Positions 1 to 12,662 are shown, numbered from the stretch's first letter. The stretch: 64,000 nucleotides of DNA from Polymyxa betae A26-41 (GCA_003693705.1 RBZT01000527.1:88109-152108), one strand, 5' to 3'. Notes: generated from the sequence alone by a model not told the origin. Made by a program: numbers and translations.

Positions 1-36
1 ATACGAGTGCGCTCTATGAATCTGTCATTGTTAATA

Positions 37-1091
37 ATGAATTGGTTGATTGAGGGTGTCATTGTCACATATTGGTTGGGCATCATCGTCTTCGTGCTGT
101 TGCTCTATTTGGCACAGTATAGGCCCGATACCATCCCTGATTATGCTCTGCGAACGATTATCGTGGAGCTGGGTGTTTCGGGCAAGCTGGCTCCAGCAGC
201 ATCGGCATCGTATCGAGTGCCAAAATCCTGGTTCAGACATTTCTATATCGTTGGTAAACTAGAGACGAACTCTTTTCTAATGTGGTTAATCGATACTGAC
301 AGGAACAGTATGGCTAACAGCCATAGCTGTCTTTTTCTGGAGACGTTTTGGTTTCACAAATCTTGTGTTGACATCAAGTTTGTTCGCATTCCATGTACAT
401 TCGGATGTGTTAGATTTGGATGGAAAATGCTCAGTTTTATATAGTGCTGTCGTCGACTAATCGAATGTTGCTTCATATCAGTTTACAGCCGACAATCAAC
501 AATGCATGTAGTTGTCTATGTGGCTTCAATATTGTATTACAATATGGTTGGTATCACCATCATTAGATCGATACCTGCTCAGTATGGCTATTCACTTATT
601 ATGTGTTCTCTCCTGGATATAATAAATTTTTAGTCAGACGATCTCGCCATCTGCCATAATTCTGGTATTCGTCTTCTTCTGCTTGAACTTCATTCAGAAT
701 TATCATCTTCGCCTTTTAGCAAGTCTGAGGAAAGGGAAAGGTACTGCTTCTCGAATTCAGCTTGCAAATTGTCAAGCCCGCTTTAGGAAAGGATTCGGCC
801 CAGCATTACATGCCTTCGGGTGGTTTGTTCGAGCTGGTCTCATGCCCTCATTATCTAATCGAGATCGGCTTATATCTAAATCTGCAACTTTTAATTGGGT
901 GGTCTACTGTCTTCATTTTCTGTCTGATGGCGGTCGTTTCGAATCAGATCCTGCTTGCTATAATGACGCATCGATGGGTAATCATCTCATGCTCTCACAT
1001 ATATCATTTTATTCTAATATCACAGCAGTATCAAATTCGACATCCATCATATGCTAACAGAACGTATTCCATTATTCCATTCATCATCTAA
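37..1091 (+). CDS. SRD5A3: Polyprenol reductase (steroid 5-alpha-reductase family, SRD5A3/DFG10-like), multi-exon
   Basis: Motifs VPKSWFRHFYIVG and HYMPSGGLFELVSCPHYLIEIGLY; C-terminal YANRTYSIIPFII; hydrophobic segments; short GT-AG introns between ORF fragments. Confidence 0.85.
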
Positions 1092-1516
1092 ACCCCTGTC
1101 GAGGCGATTTTGGCGAATTCTCGATCGTATTCTCTTCTCATGTCTCGGTTTCGCTTATAGACCAAAGCTCGAAATGTGCTGACATCGCCACTATGATACA
1201 TTCAATCAACGAACAGTCTGGCGTACCGGCCCATGACTCTTACTTGGATTGTATGATCATTTGTTTCAGCCAGTCTGGAATCTTACTGGCATCCTGTGTT
1301 GTCGCTAAACGTGGCCATCGTACTTTATCTGTGCATGTCAGAGACGCGGCTGTACTGGCCTGGTCGTACCGATCCATAGTCAAATATATGGCATCGGTGA
1401 TTCGTTAGATCCGTTACCATTTGAATGCATCTCGGTCTCTGCCGGTTCACCTTCGTATCGTTTATTGGCCGACTTTTCGCAGCAGTCATGGTGACGCAAG
1501 AACGGCCAATTGACAT
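1088..1516 (-). CDS. Small 3-exon hypothetical protein (105 aa)
   Basis: Exons 1516-1418, 1359-1244, 1190-1088 joined by GTAACG..CAG (58 nt) and GTAAGA..TAG (53 nt) introns give an open frame MSIGRSC...WPRLATTQDASKIPDWLKQMIIQSNGDVSTFRALVYKRNRDMRREYDREFAKIASTGV*. Confidence 0.6.
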
Positions 1517-1682
1517 CTGAAGTTTACGTCATGAACTGAATTGCTCTTTTCATGGCTATGGCGCGTGTCGTGATTTCTATACGCCTCTAAATTTTTTGCA
1601 CTGAAAAAGGCTATCGCAGGTAAAATTGTTGAACTGAAGTTCGACTGGGACGGGTAGGTTTCCATTCAGAATTCGATTCGCG

Positions 1683-2634
1683 ATGGTGGTCGTACAAAAC
1701 AGGGTCAATTTCTGGGATGCCATCGTTCAAGTCCATAACGCCAAGGTCGTCTCCTATGAAATGAATCCGACCTGCCGTTGATGGATCGTGCAGGGTGAAA
1801 GCAGCGCCTCATCATCTCGTGATCTCACCATCATTATATTGGGCAGCGAGAATTCCGGCAAGTCAACGCTGTTGTCATCATTCATCTACAAATCCAGGCC
1901 GAACGATCTCAAACCAACGATCGGCCTCGATTACAAGTACATCCGGATGAATTCGTCTCCCGAGAGCGTCTCTCAGGGCAAAATGATACACCATTTCTGG
2001 GAGATTGGTGGCGGACGACAGATGGCATCAACATTGAGCACTCTTCTCACAGATAATACAGCCATTGTATTGGTTGTCGATCTCTCTAAAGTAGGTTTAA
2101 CATGGTATCCATTTTAACTATCTAACAGTTAAGATTCAGCCCAGCAATATCGTCAGTGATCTGCTCTATTGGCTACCATATATTGATAGTACAGCCACAA
2201 GCTCTGGTCGTACTCGCCCACAGATTGTTGTCGTCGCGAATAAATACGATTTGCTGCCAGCTGGCGTCAATCTCGAGCTGGTCTTCCGGACGATTCGATC
2301 GATCGCTCTGCGTTATGATGCCGCCGTACTGAACCATGCTGTCGACAACCGTCTGCTGCACCAGCAATATCGCAATGCCATTTCCCGGTTTCTGACTCAG
2401 CGCCCCATCGTTTCCGGTCCGGGCCAGTATGATCCGGCCAAGCCAATCATGATAGCAGCTGGTAGTGATTCACTGGAAAATATTGGACTACCACCAGGTC
2501 TGAGTTCCAGCCCGGATCCAATGAAGTCTTGGTGTCAAGCTTATGATCATGTATTTGGTCGTGATCCATATCCAGTCCCGGTTGTCGAACCTCAACTCGA
2601 ACCTGAGCCGCTCATCGACGCCGTTCTTGGATAA
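1683..2634 (+). CDS. DYNC2LI1: Cytoplasmic dynein-2 light intermediate chain (IFT dynein), 3 exons
   Basis: P-loop GSENSGKST, KPTIGLDYKY, HFWEIGGG, IVLVVDLSKP, DPAKPIMIAAGSDSLENIG match the D2LIC family pattern. Confidence 0.8.
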
Positions 2635-3184
2635 ACAGATCCAAATTTACTGTGAGGATCTGCTGTCATACTGAAGGATAGAAGAGTTGTACAAATAATG
2701 TAGCATTCAATCTTTAGATATCGCGTCACCAAATGATCGCTGTATCCTAGTCATAATATTTTGCAATGATTGTAATACATCCAGATCAAATACTGAATAC
2801 AAAATGTGCTGGTGAAGGAACCAAAGAATGGGTTATACGACAGCGTATAATCCTTCAGTTTGGTTTATCCTTAGTTTTAAGCCTCATCGATTTCTCAGAT
2901 TGTTCAGCTTTAAGTTCTGCTCATTCTTTCGTATTTTGTAGATTGCTCCCGCGAGTTGCAACATGCCCATTAAACCGAGAGCTGTTGTAATCATTGAACT
3001 TGAACAATCATTCAGTACTGATTAAAAGGAATGCCGACGATATCTGTACTTGTCATTACTGAATTTTGGAAAGGTATTAAGTGTTTGTGGCCCAAGGTCT
3101 ATCCAGTACTACGTTATGCATAGAAGGAGTATCGGAGAAGATGCGACCTCTGTTTAAGCCAGTCATTGATTTTCATTGTCGAAG

Positions 3185-4206
3185 ATGCGACCCATTGGAT
3201 TCGTTCTGATTACAGTATTATCGACATTATGGCTGTTATCGATATCGATGTTGTTATTGGCAATCCCATTGTCTCTAAGCGGTATTACAGCACCTATTAA
3301 GCTCCTGTTCTGCTACGCCATGTTCCGATTACTGTATCCAGCTCGGAAATGGCCTCGACTCTATACATTGCTAAGCTCTCTCATTCATAAATATCCCTAT
3401 TTTCGATCGCAACGTCTCGTATTTGAAAGCAATGCTGCAGTTCCAGTAAAAGATTCTTCCGTCATGCTGGCTGTATTCCCACATGGTGCAATATGCATTG
3501 GCGGGACTGTACGACCCGTTTCCGAGTAGCTTTCAGTCTGTTGCTGATTGGAGCTTAGATCAATTTGGTATTATCACAGCAGATTCAACAAGCTGAAGTG
3601 GAATTGCTCGGTTCTTCAATGCTGTTCATCCTACCTATACTCTCTGATATCTTAAAATGGTCTCAGATTGCTATTAATTTGTGCTCATACGATTGAAGTT
3701 GATATACTGCTAGGTGCTCTGTTGGAAAGGTCTCCAAATCCTATATGACAACTTTGATGAATCGCGGCCAAAATGTCGCTCTTCTTCCAGGAGGATTTGA
3801 GGAAGCTGCTATGTATCAACGTTTTCATCACGATGTCTTTCTCAGAGAGCGTAAAGGATTCGTTAAGTATGCACTTCGTTATGGATATAAGATTTCTCTT
3901 GTGTACACGTTTGGTGAAGAAGGAACCTACAATGCTTTACAGCCAGCTCGGAATCTTCGCTTGAAACTAGCGAGAAGGAAGATTCCTGGAATTCTGTTCT
4001 GGTCTAAACTTGGCTGGCTACCTGATCCCAATAATCATATCGTGACTGTTGTTGGTGATCCAATCTGTCTGCCAAGATCACCAGAACCATCCGATGAAGA
4101 GATTGAGAAGTATCATGCCCTACTCATGTCGTCGTTAAGCAGACTCTTCGACAAATACAAAGTGGAATTCGCTCGAGATCCTACCGCTTCATTAAACATC
4201 TCCTAA
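3185..4206 (+). CDS. DGAT2: Diacylglycerol O-acyltransferase type 2, paralog A (start uncertain)
   Basis: N-terminal TM segment, FPHG, LLPGGFEEA, RKGFVKYALRYG, VYTFGE, VVGDPI; two introns. Confidence 0.85.
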
Positions 4207-4346
4207 TGCAGCTAAGACACATTTAGAACTTTAATGTTGATTTCAGAGACGGTCCTGATGAGATCAGTAACATATTATTGGTTGTTAATGCAATCGATAA
4301 GGTTTATTTTCGAGAGTATTCCTGCTTAATGAGGTGTTATTCAGGA

Positions 4347-4736
4347 TTATGAATGAGAAGTATCAAGCAGGGTGTCTAATTCAGTATCAAGACATCCATA
4401 GCTATCAGCACTGCTTAAGATCGTTGTCAGCTTCTTTGGCTGCGATTGGATTGCTGGTTGAACCTCAGCAACTTCCCCAATAAAAGTCCCGGTCCATTTC
4501 GCTTCGTCACTTAGCATGGTCCAATCCTGTCTGACGTTGAATTCCGGTCTGGTTTGAGACCAATTTCTAGCGTTGGTAGCGATCAACGAATCGCCGATCT
4601 CCATTGGAGCGTGCTGGATCATGTCGGCATTCAAGCGGAACTCATCAACATAATGAAATACAGATCGTTGTGCAAGTTCGGCTTCAGGGCAGTATGAGAA
4701 ATGAGGGCTCATCCATTCGATCTGGGTCGGATCCAT
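4347..4736 (-). CDS. Hypothetical protein, 129 aa, intronless
   Basis: ATG-to-stop ORF filling the space between the two DGAT2 genes; no recognised motif. Confidence 0.45.
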   Translation of the reverse strand: MDPTQIEWMSPHFSYCPEAELAQRSVFHYVDEFRLNADMIQHAPMEIGDSLIATNARNWSQTRPEFNVRQDWTMLSDEAKWTGTFIGEVAEVQPAIQSQPKKLTTILSSADSYGCLDTELDTLLDTSHS

Positions 4737-4907
4737 TTGGCAGCTGAATGAAACGCTTCAGTTGAGATTCGGAATTGGCAATCAGGAATGGGATTTGCCA
4801 TCGCTACCAATTCCGATCTTGGTTCCCAGCAGGGTGAGTCATATTCCGATAGCAGACAATGAGTCAATGAAGGAAATCGGATTCGGATAGTTAGTCGATG
4901 GTCTGAT

Positions 4908-5961
4908 TTAGTAGATATTCAATTCAGTATTCGGGTCGCTGGCACATTCTGCTTTATACTTGTCGAATAATGATCGGAGCGCCATCACAAATTTGTTATG
5001 GTATTTCTCTACATCTTCAGTTGAAGGGCACTCGATCTTCGGCAGAATAATGGGTTCGCCAACAATTGTTGTCAGGCCAGCATTTCTTTCAGGAAACAGG
5101 CCGAATTTCGACCAGAATAATATTCCTGGTATTTGTCTTCGAGCAAGAGCTAGTCGGATACCAGAAAAAGCATTTAACGACGAATAAGTCGCTTCTTCTC
5201 CGAATGTGAATACAGGACTGATACGATATCCATATTCTAATGCATATTTGATGAATCCTTTACGTTCTTTGAGAAAGATGTTATATTCATTCTCCCGGTA
5301 AATGGCGGCTTCCTCAAACCCTCCAGGAAGAATCGCTAAATTACGTCCAGTTCTCATATGCTCTTGCATGAATGATTTAGACGCTGGACCAGATGAGCAC
5401 CTTGCTCTGATTGAATGTTGGAGTCAGAGCTTGAAATGTCAGTCTTACCATGTAAGTAGATCTCTGATAAATGGAACATAGAACAATGAAGTCGCTGCCA
5501 AGTACACAATCTTCCCTTTCTGCAGCGATTCTTTTAAATTTAGATTCACCTAGGCATTGTATGACTATATATCGAAGTGCTGGTAAAAGTCAACATACAG
5601 TCCATCCCATACAAACAGCTCCATGAGGGAATGCGGCTAGAAGTGTTGATGAATCAGGTTTGGGAACAGCTTGGTCCGATTCAAAAATCAGTTGTTGTCT
5701 GCGGAAGTATGGATATTTCAGAGTCGTTCGGGTTAGGAATGCCTGGAATTCTGGCCAAGGCTCTAGAGGACGAATGCTTCTGTAAATTAGATACATGGCC
5801 ATGATCTTAATCGGCGCCGAAACGGATGCGATTAGGTATAGGGGCACGGCAGCGATGGACATGAGCACAGACGAGATCCATATTGTTATATAGGCAGATA
5901 TGACAATGAATCCAATCATTCTGATTAATAAAGGCTGTGTAACAGATTGTGGTGAGGCCAC
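4908..5961 (-). CDS. DGAT2: Diacylglycerol O-acyltransferase type 2, paralog B (5' end uncertain)
   Basis: FPHG, ILPGGFEEA, RKGFIKYALEYG, PVFTFGE, IVGEPI; introns at equivalent positions to paralog A. Confidence 0.85.
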
Positions 5962-6502
5962 CCTCTTCTAACGTAATAAGCACGCATACTATTAGTTACG
6001 TTACCAGCAAGTCATGTCTCCAATCTCCTGTTTATAATGCAAACATGATGATCTCTCTTCTCAATCGGTGATTCGCTTGATCACGAGCTTCTGATGACTT
6101 CTTAGAGTACGACAGTCACGCTGGTGTTGCTTGTTGGCCCTATGACGAGACTTGGTAAAAGTGCCCATGAATGAAATCGCTGAATTTGCCCAGTCGAGCA
6201 CGTACGACATAGGATTCATCGATCGCGATTGCCCCCCCCCCCCNNCCCCCCCCAGATTTGTTCTCTTTGTGAAGTTCTTAACGAGATCGTTTTTGCATTC
6301 AAGCTGCTCCTGGTATCAAATCTACTTTAAATTGCATCAAGACGCCATTGATGATTCATTCAATCTCGTTTCACGCCCTTGATTCAAACAAAATCCCGTT
6401 TCAAGTTAATTTTTGTATCAGACCTGGTGGGTTTTTAGTGTTATCTGAACAGTTCATGTAGTTATCATCTTGTATAATGAAATCAATTCAGGGTAAACAG
6501 AT

Positions 6503-7318
6503 TTAGTTTCCAATGGAATTTCGATCCCGACGTTCACGATAAGATTCACGAGATCTATCACGAACATCTTTCTTGTTTTGTGGAGATGCGGATCTTGTTC
6601 TTCGTCCTAATCGAACGTCTCGTCCGTTCTCTCCCAAATGTTCGTAATCACAGGCATCGCCTTTTAAACAATTCGGATAGTGAGCGCAAGGTTTATGAAC
6701 GCGGGGACCAGTACGTTCAGAGCCACGTCGTTTCTCGAATCTATCTTCAAACCTGCGATCTCGACCATCGCTATCCAAATGAAGCCAGCCACACCGGTCG
6801 CCTTTCTTACAGTTTGGATAATGCATGCAAGCTCCTTTTTCCTTTGAACGACTTGCATGAGATGATCGATGAGGGGATTGGTGTCGCCTTTCAGCTTCAA
6901 TAGCATCGAGACGGTCTGGATGCCGGGATACAGTATAACGAAGGTAGACTCGGTTGCCGTTGAGCTCTTTTGAAGCGAAATGGCTCAAAGCATGCGTTGC
7001 CAATTCTGTAGTGCTAAAATAGGCATAACCATAACCCATACTGAGCCCGGAACGCCGATCCTTGGGGATATCCACCGCTGAACAGCTCAGAAACGCCTTG
7101 AGTTGTTCCTCGGTGGTATCCACAGTTAGGCCGTCGACGTCGAGAACCCGGCAAGGCCGGACAGAAGACGATGACGTCGGGCTGGCTCGCATGTGGAATG
7201 ATGGAGAGTGAACAGAGAGGTAACTGTATGTGATGTGAATAAGGCTGCAGCCGGGAGAGAACAGAAGACTACTCTGCTCCTTGGATCTCCTACTGTAGTC
7301 CCTATATAGGAGCGGCAC
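6503..7318 (-). CDS. RRM + two CCCH zinc-finger RNA-binding protein with R/S/D-rich tail
   Basis: RNP1-like SMGYGYAYF; CMHYPNCKKGDRCGWLH and CAHYPNCLKGDACDYEH; RSRESYRERRDR tail; 5' exon structure uncertain. Confidence 0.75.
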   Translation of the reverse strand: MPLLYRDYSRRSKEQSSLLFSPGCSLIHITYSYLSVHSPSFHMRASPTSSSSVRPCRVLDVDGLTVDTTEEQLKAFLSCSAVDIPKDRRSGLSMGYGYAYFSTTELATHALSHFASKELNGNRVYLRYTVSRHPDRLDAIEAERRHQSPHRSSHASRSKEKGACMHYPNCKKGDRCGWLHLDSDGRDRRFEDRFEKRRGSERTGPRVHKPCAHYPNCLKGDACDYEHLGENGRDVRLGRRTRSASPQNKKDVRDRSRESYRERRDRNSIGN

Positions 7319-7491
7319 AAAAAGTTGCCGTATCCGCTCGGCAGCTTGGTCAAGCCGATCACGTAGCTACCGGGTCACAATCTCGTTAGCACCAATAATG
7401 GGCGTTCGAACCGGCATTTAAAGTTACTGTCAAATGATTTATGAGTTTTTCTTGCCGAATTAAAAAAAGTATTATAATGACTTCTTTGAAC

Positions 7492-10053
7492 TTATTGATA
7501 GGTTTTTGCTAAATGAGGCGGATCTGATAGTGGGATGGTGCCTGATCAAACAATAAGTATGAGTCATAACTGCTCATACAAGCATACTAATAAACTGCTG
7601 GACTATGCCGGACTCGCTTCGGAAATGTTCAGTAAAGTGAATCAACACTAAGGCACCAATTCTTTAATCCGAATTGACACTAGCTTCTTCAGAATCTTAC
7701 CCATCATAGAAAGAATAACTTCGAAAGGTAGAATTGCAAACATGGCAAAGATCAAGGCGTTCAGAGCCATAAACTGTCTGGATCTTAATGGAGAAACCCA
7801 GGTGTACAACCCCTTCACTTTCGTGATATAATGATTTGCAGCATTTAACTTGTTCTGAACTATCTCCAGAGCTGATTTCGCACTGACAAATGATTGCTGA
7901 TAGTCATCTACTTTGTTTTTTATCCTGTTGATTAAAGAGGCACCGAATAACTGCAACAAAGTCAGCGCTATAATATTCTTTGAGGGTTCAGATGCCAACC
8001 TTCTCAACAAAAAACTTTCGATCTTGCTGTGCTGGTTCCGTTTGAGGTTTATCCGAAAAGCAAACAAACAAGTCGGAGATAACATCGGGTCGCTCAGCAA
8101 GAATCCAAAGAAGGAGATAATTACCAAAAAAGAAAATGGCCTTTGTGAAAGTGAAAAAATATTATTTGAGCCGATATTGGGGTTTACCGGAATATATACA
8201 AGCCACTTCATATACGCCATGAACAGGATGGCACCAACAAAAGAGGCAGTCGCAGTGGGATTCTGCCACGAATGTAAGTATGAATGTATCTGAGAAAGGA
8301 CATCGAGAGGTGCAATAAGGGCGGCAAACGTTTTGGCTGCATCGGATAGCTGGCCAAGGTCTAGTTTGTCTCTCCTTGGAGCGTTCGTCAATGGATTGTC
8401 GATAAGCTCCAGCATTCGGGGATCCCACCTAACGATTCAAGTCCTTTGTTGAATTCTGGTTTTCCTTAATAACCTACATTGGATCATCTAGAATTCGGGA
8501 AGGCGCCCTGGAGAAAAGGGACGAAAGCAAAGAGCAGGACATAGTCATGTCATGAAATTGACATGTTAGTAGCTGAAGGTACTCTTCAGATTCAGTAGCA
8601 GACATTGTGGAAAAGAACGTTATCCTCTATATCGTGTCAGAGCTTTTTGTTCAAAGAATGAATAGCGACCTACGCGATTGTGGCAGGGAAATCGCGTCTT
8701 CCTTAAAGCTTGAGCTCGAAGAGCATCATCAATGGCTTCATGAAGTATACATTGACGAACCTTATACAGGGCATGATCAGTACAGATATATATGAAGCAG
8801 TACATTTTACAATAGGAATCTGTGTTTGTCGGCACAGCTCAAGAGCTCTAAGAAGACATTGCAGATATTCCAAACAGAATTCTCGTTCATGCTCTGTCGA
8901 AAACGCAATCTCCATATTCGACCGAGGAGGAGATGCAGCATCTCCAGCGGAAGATTTGCGAGAGCCCGATCTGTTCTCTGGAGGCGATTCGGGAGAAGCC
9001 TCGGATGTCTCGAGATTACTGTCGGATGTTTCGCCATCCGAACCAGCTTGAGTAATTGCGACGTCAAATTCAAGGATGAGAGTATAACCAGTTTTGAACA
9101 CGCCTCTTTGACTAGGAGAGATTTGCACCAGATGGTTTAATGGATACCTAGCTTGCAGACTCAAGACGCCCGAAAAGCCAGTAGAAATATGCTTACATGA
9201 TAGTCCGACGAAGAATCTGAAGTTGAACTGATGTTTGAAATGCTATTATTGAATCGGTGACTATAAAGGTTCCAGTGGCGTTGCCCAGGGTTTGTTTTAA
9301 ACTTGCGTTGTTAGAGACGAACACTATTCGCTCTCGTAAGATCATCCTTAAATTAGTTCAAGAAGGAAAGAGAACCAAGACAGCAACGTACTCTTCATCG
9401 TCAGAAAGTGAGCTGGGATCGCTTGTAGAGAATCCGGAGCCGGAACTAACAGCTTCAATCAATGCCTGATGCGTCTGTAGCTTCTTGCTTTCATCAAACT
9501 CCAGCTTCAAAGCGTCAACGTATGATTGGAAAGATGATAGCTACAACATCCAAAGTAACTGATTTGACGACCCGTTCAGCAAGACACTGACAGTGATGTG
9601 CTTTTCAAACAGAACATCATTTGGAACTGGGACCGAGCACAATATCTCAAAAATCCTGACACGGAAGCCTTCAAAAAACAAGCTTTTGAGGAACGTTATC
9701 AAAATACCGATCTGGACACTGCCTTGGCGCCAATGGAAACAGAAGTGGCGCCATTTGAACGAAGCGATCCAGCATAATAACTGGAACACCGGGCTCCCTC
9801 AGCATATCAAATGCCAATTTGGTATTTTCAAACAAAAAAGAATGTCGCGACCTTGCAGTCGCCATTATGACATAATCTGAAAAGTCTGCACATGTTCTGG
9901 TCCAATTTCAGAGCGGCACCAGAGTTGTTTTCCGATAGTTTACGATGTCCGCTGTAGATACGACTTGAAATAAAGATTCAGTTGTGGCAGAGTCAAGCCA
10001 AGCACCATCGTGCAGCGCTCTAGTAGATCAGGTTCGCTCGTGACCGGATTCAT
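7492..10053 (-). CDS. DUF639-like membrane protein (GRAM/PH-like middle, reticulon-like C-terminal TM hairpins), multi-exon
   Basis: KLAFDML..FVQMAP, GTFIVTDS, EREFCLEYL, SWQNPTATASFVGAILFMAYMKWLVYIP, VQNKLNAANHYITKVKGLYTWVSP resemble DUF639 blocks in the same order as I recall them. Confidence 0.6.
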
Positions 10054-10131
10054 GATGAATTCAGCATGCAGTAGACCTCGTATTATTGGTACCTTCCATT
10101 TACAAAAATAAATTCAGGACGCGGCCTCTTC

Positions 10132-10977
10132 TTATATTTCATTCTGTTTGTTTATTTCCGAGTTCATCTCAAGGAGGCTTTCATTATCAGCGATTCGTGA
10201 TGAGGTGTCTTTCCGAGGACCAACATTGACGTCGCTCGGATAGAATCCCAGGGTGATGTGAAAATCGGCGGGATCAAGCTCTAATCTGGATCGCACCAGA
10301 TCGCCAAATGGCCACGATACGATTACGAATACCGCTGTACTTCCTTCATGCTCGACTTTGCCCATTCCTTGGCTTTCCCATGAGTTTACAGGAATATCTT
10401 TAGCAACTCTATCACAAATTGTTATAAATATGTTTATGAAAGCGATCTTGCGCTCCTCCTCATCTTCGATTGCCGAAAATTCGTCAGAAGATAACATCTG
10501 GCGAACTTCTGTCTTAGACATCAAAGTAATATGATGCATATCCATGCAATCACGTTTTTTACGAGCGTCGATCCATTCTGTCGGGACTTTCTTTGAATGA
10601 ATGGCCGCACAGGCTTCAATCATTGCTCCTTCCAAGCAAACGTATTCTCTGATAAATATCGCATCGTATAGTAGATCGGAACAATGCGATAAACAGGAAC
10701 GATCAGTGACGAAAAGTGCTCTTTCGTGAGAGCTGATATTGCGGCTAAAATGGATTAGTCCACATTCTTCAGCAATTTTATGAAGGACCCGCCTTTGTCC
10801 AGAAGACAAACCAAGGAATACCAATTCCAGACAATACAAATTGAACTTGTGCTGAAGTAAGAAATCTTTGACATCCTTCAAAAATGTCGACATTGACTCA
10901 AATATGACAGGGGAGAATTCATCTTCGTGGGCTCCGATCCCATCTGTAAAAACAGATGTTCGAAAACAACGGATCAT
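10132..10977 (-). CDS. R3H domain + 2H phosphoesterase protein (upstream exons to about 11300 probable but unresolved)
   Basis: R3H: LSSGQRRVLHKIAEECGLIHFS; two HxT motifs HHITL and DFHITLGF. Confidence 0.7.
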   Translation of the reverse strand: MIRCFRTSVFTDGIGAHEDEFSPVIFESMSTFLKDVKDFLLQHKFNLYCLELVFLGLSSGQRRVLHKIAEECGLIHFSRNISSHERALFVTDRSCLSHCSDLLYDAIFIREYVCLEGAMIEACAAIHSKKVPTEWIDARKKRDCMDMHHITLMSKTEVRQMLSSDEFSAIEDEEERKIAFINIFITICDRVAKDIPVNSWESQGMGKVEHEGSTAVFVIVSWPFGDLVRSRLELDPADFHITLGFYPSDVNVGPRKDTSSRIADNESLLEMNSEINKQNEI

Positions 10978-11620
10978 CTAGTCTCCCAACAGATTCTACA
11001 GCGATCGTGACCATCTGACTCCAGCTGCTTGCCAGGTTGTCGCACTTTGTCCAAATTTGCGTAATTTTTTAAAATCAATAAAACATTGCTATTGACGCTC
11101 GTTGTCACATCTTCATGAGTCAGCATATTTTTTAAGAACATCTTACAGCGGTAGAGAACAGAGTTGGAATAGGCATAAGAAGGCATAGGATATCATCAAG
11201 GCCAATCCCAGGGATTACGTGTTCTTAGGATTGGGATTGCTTATTCTTTGCCGATTTCCGCCATCACACATTCCTATTCTTTCGTACCTTGGGTTGTAAA
11301 GTTCTGATTGTGCTGCTTTGGTCCTGATGTCCCTACCCGAGAGTTACATCATGTGAATTGTATTTTGTTTGATTTTCCCGCTACAGTGCCCCGACTTCTT
11401 TAACATTCGGATCAGATTTCAGTTACGACAATAATGTCTATTGCCGATATCAGCAGCGAAGCGGGACCCTTCACTTGTTCCAGATTCGACCGATTCATAT
11501 GAAGTTTCGGATCCGGCAAAATGTTCATTCAAAAACAAGACAGCTGGTTGTATACGGCTGTGGTTTGCCATCGATTGCTAGGATAGCCGACAGCGCTCAT
11601 TCCTTTTCGGATAAACAAAC

Positions 11621-12550
11621 ATGACACGTCAGCGAGGAAGTCCAACCTTAAAGCGTTTCGTCGAGATCGGCGAAGGATTTTTTCATTTACGCACCACATA
11701 CCGAGTTGGATTTCTATTCGATATTGGCTCGCAAATGGCTTTGTGTCGCCTCAGCAATGGGCGATTCCTAGTCCTTGACACCGTCAAGCTGTCAAATGAT
11801 GAAAAACATGATATCAATTACTTGACCAACAATGGTGCCTTAGTCGAATCCATCATTGGTAATCGCTATTTGCATCGATTGCATTTGCTGAAAACCTTTT
11901 GAAGCAACGCATCCGTTCCATACATCAGGCTTTAACGACTTTTACAAGATGTATCCTAGTGCCAAATACTATGGAACGCCTCGCCATCTACGCGTTTGCC
12001 TAGACATACCTTGGGCAGGCAATTTAAATGACGCCTCTGTTCGTAACCAATGTAAGGGATATTGGGATGCATATTCGGCTACGAAATCAATGATCTCTGT
12101 ACAGGGGAGGGTTATGGTGTTTACCTTCGTATTCCTGAAGGATGCGAATTCGTCAATCCGCAGCCAGAATCTTATAATCATTTCTGCAACATCTTCGTGT
12201 ACCATCGGATGAGTAGAACGTTATACAACGATGATACCATTGTTAACTGGGTCGGATCGTATTTCAATCCGACGTCCTGGGTTGCTCAAAATGGTTTGCG
12301 ATTCCATCCTACATTGACAAATGTTGGCCTATACCCAACCAAAGATGCTCCATTGGCGTTTAAGAAATGGATGATCCAATTGCTGGAAGATTTTGATTTT
12401 GACATTCTGTGCACTGCCCATAATGAAAATGTTATCGGCGGCGCTAAAGAAGCAATCAGAAAACTTCTCAAAGACAATGACTCAGTTCTCAATGATCTAG
12501 CTGCCAAGAACGCTGCCAAAGAAGGTCAGGCAATTACGGTCGGTCACTAA
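11621..12550 (+). CDS. Metallo-beta-lactamase-fold / DUF4336-like protein, copy 1 (3 exons)
   Basis: Spliced motifs FLVLDT, ATHPFHT, YYGTPRHLR, YNDDT, CTAHN. Confidence 0.65.
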
Positions 12551-12639
12551 ATTTACATTGCAAGACATTCTCAATACAGTGATTCTTTCACTTGGTGCGA
12601 TGATTTCTAGGTCATATCTGCTTGCTGAAGTTTAAGAGT

Positions 12640-12662
12640 GATTGATTGATTGATTGATTGAT
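12640..12662 (+). repeat. (GATT)n microsatellite
   Basis: gattgattgattgattgattgat between the two tandem paralogs. Confidence 0.9.

Noticed and set aside
6232-6253. Poly-C tract containing NN
   Set aside because: Ambiguous bases indicate assembly uncertainty, so length is unreliable
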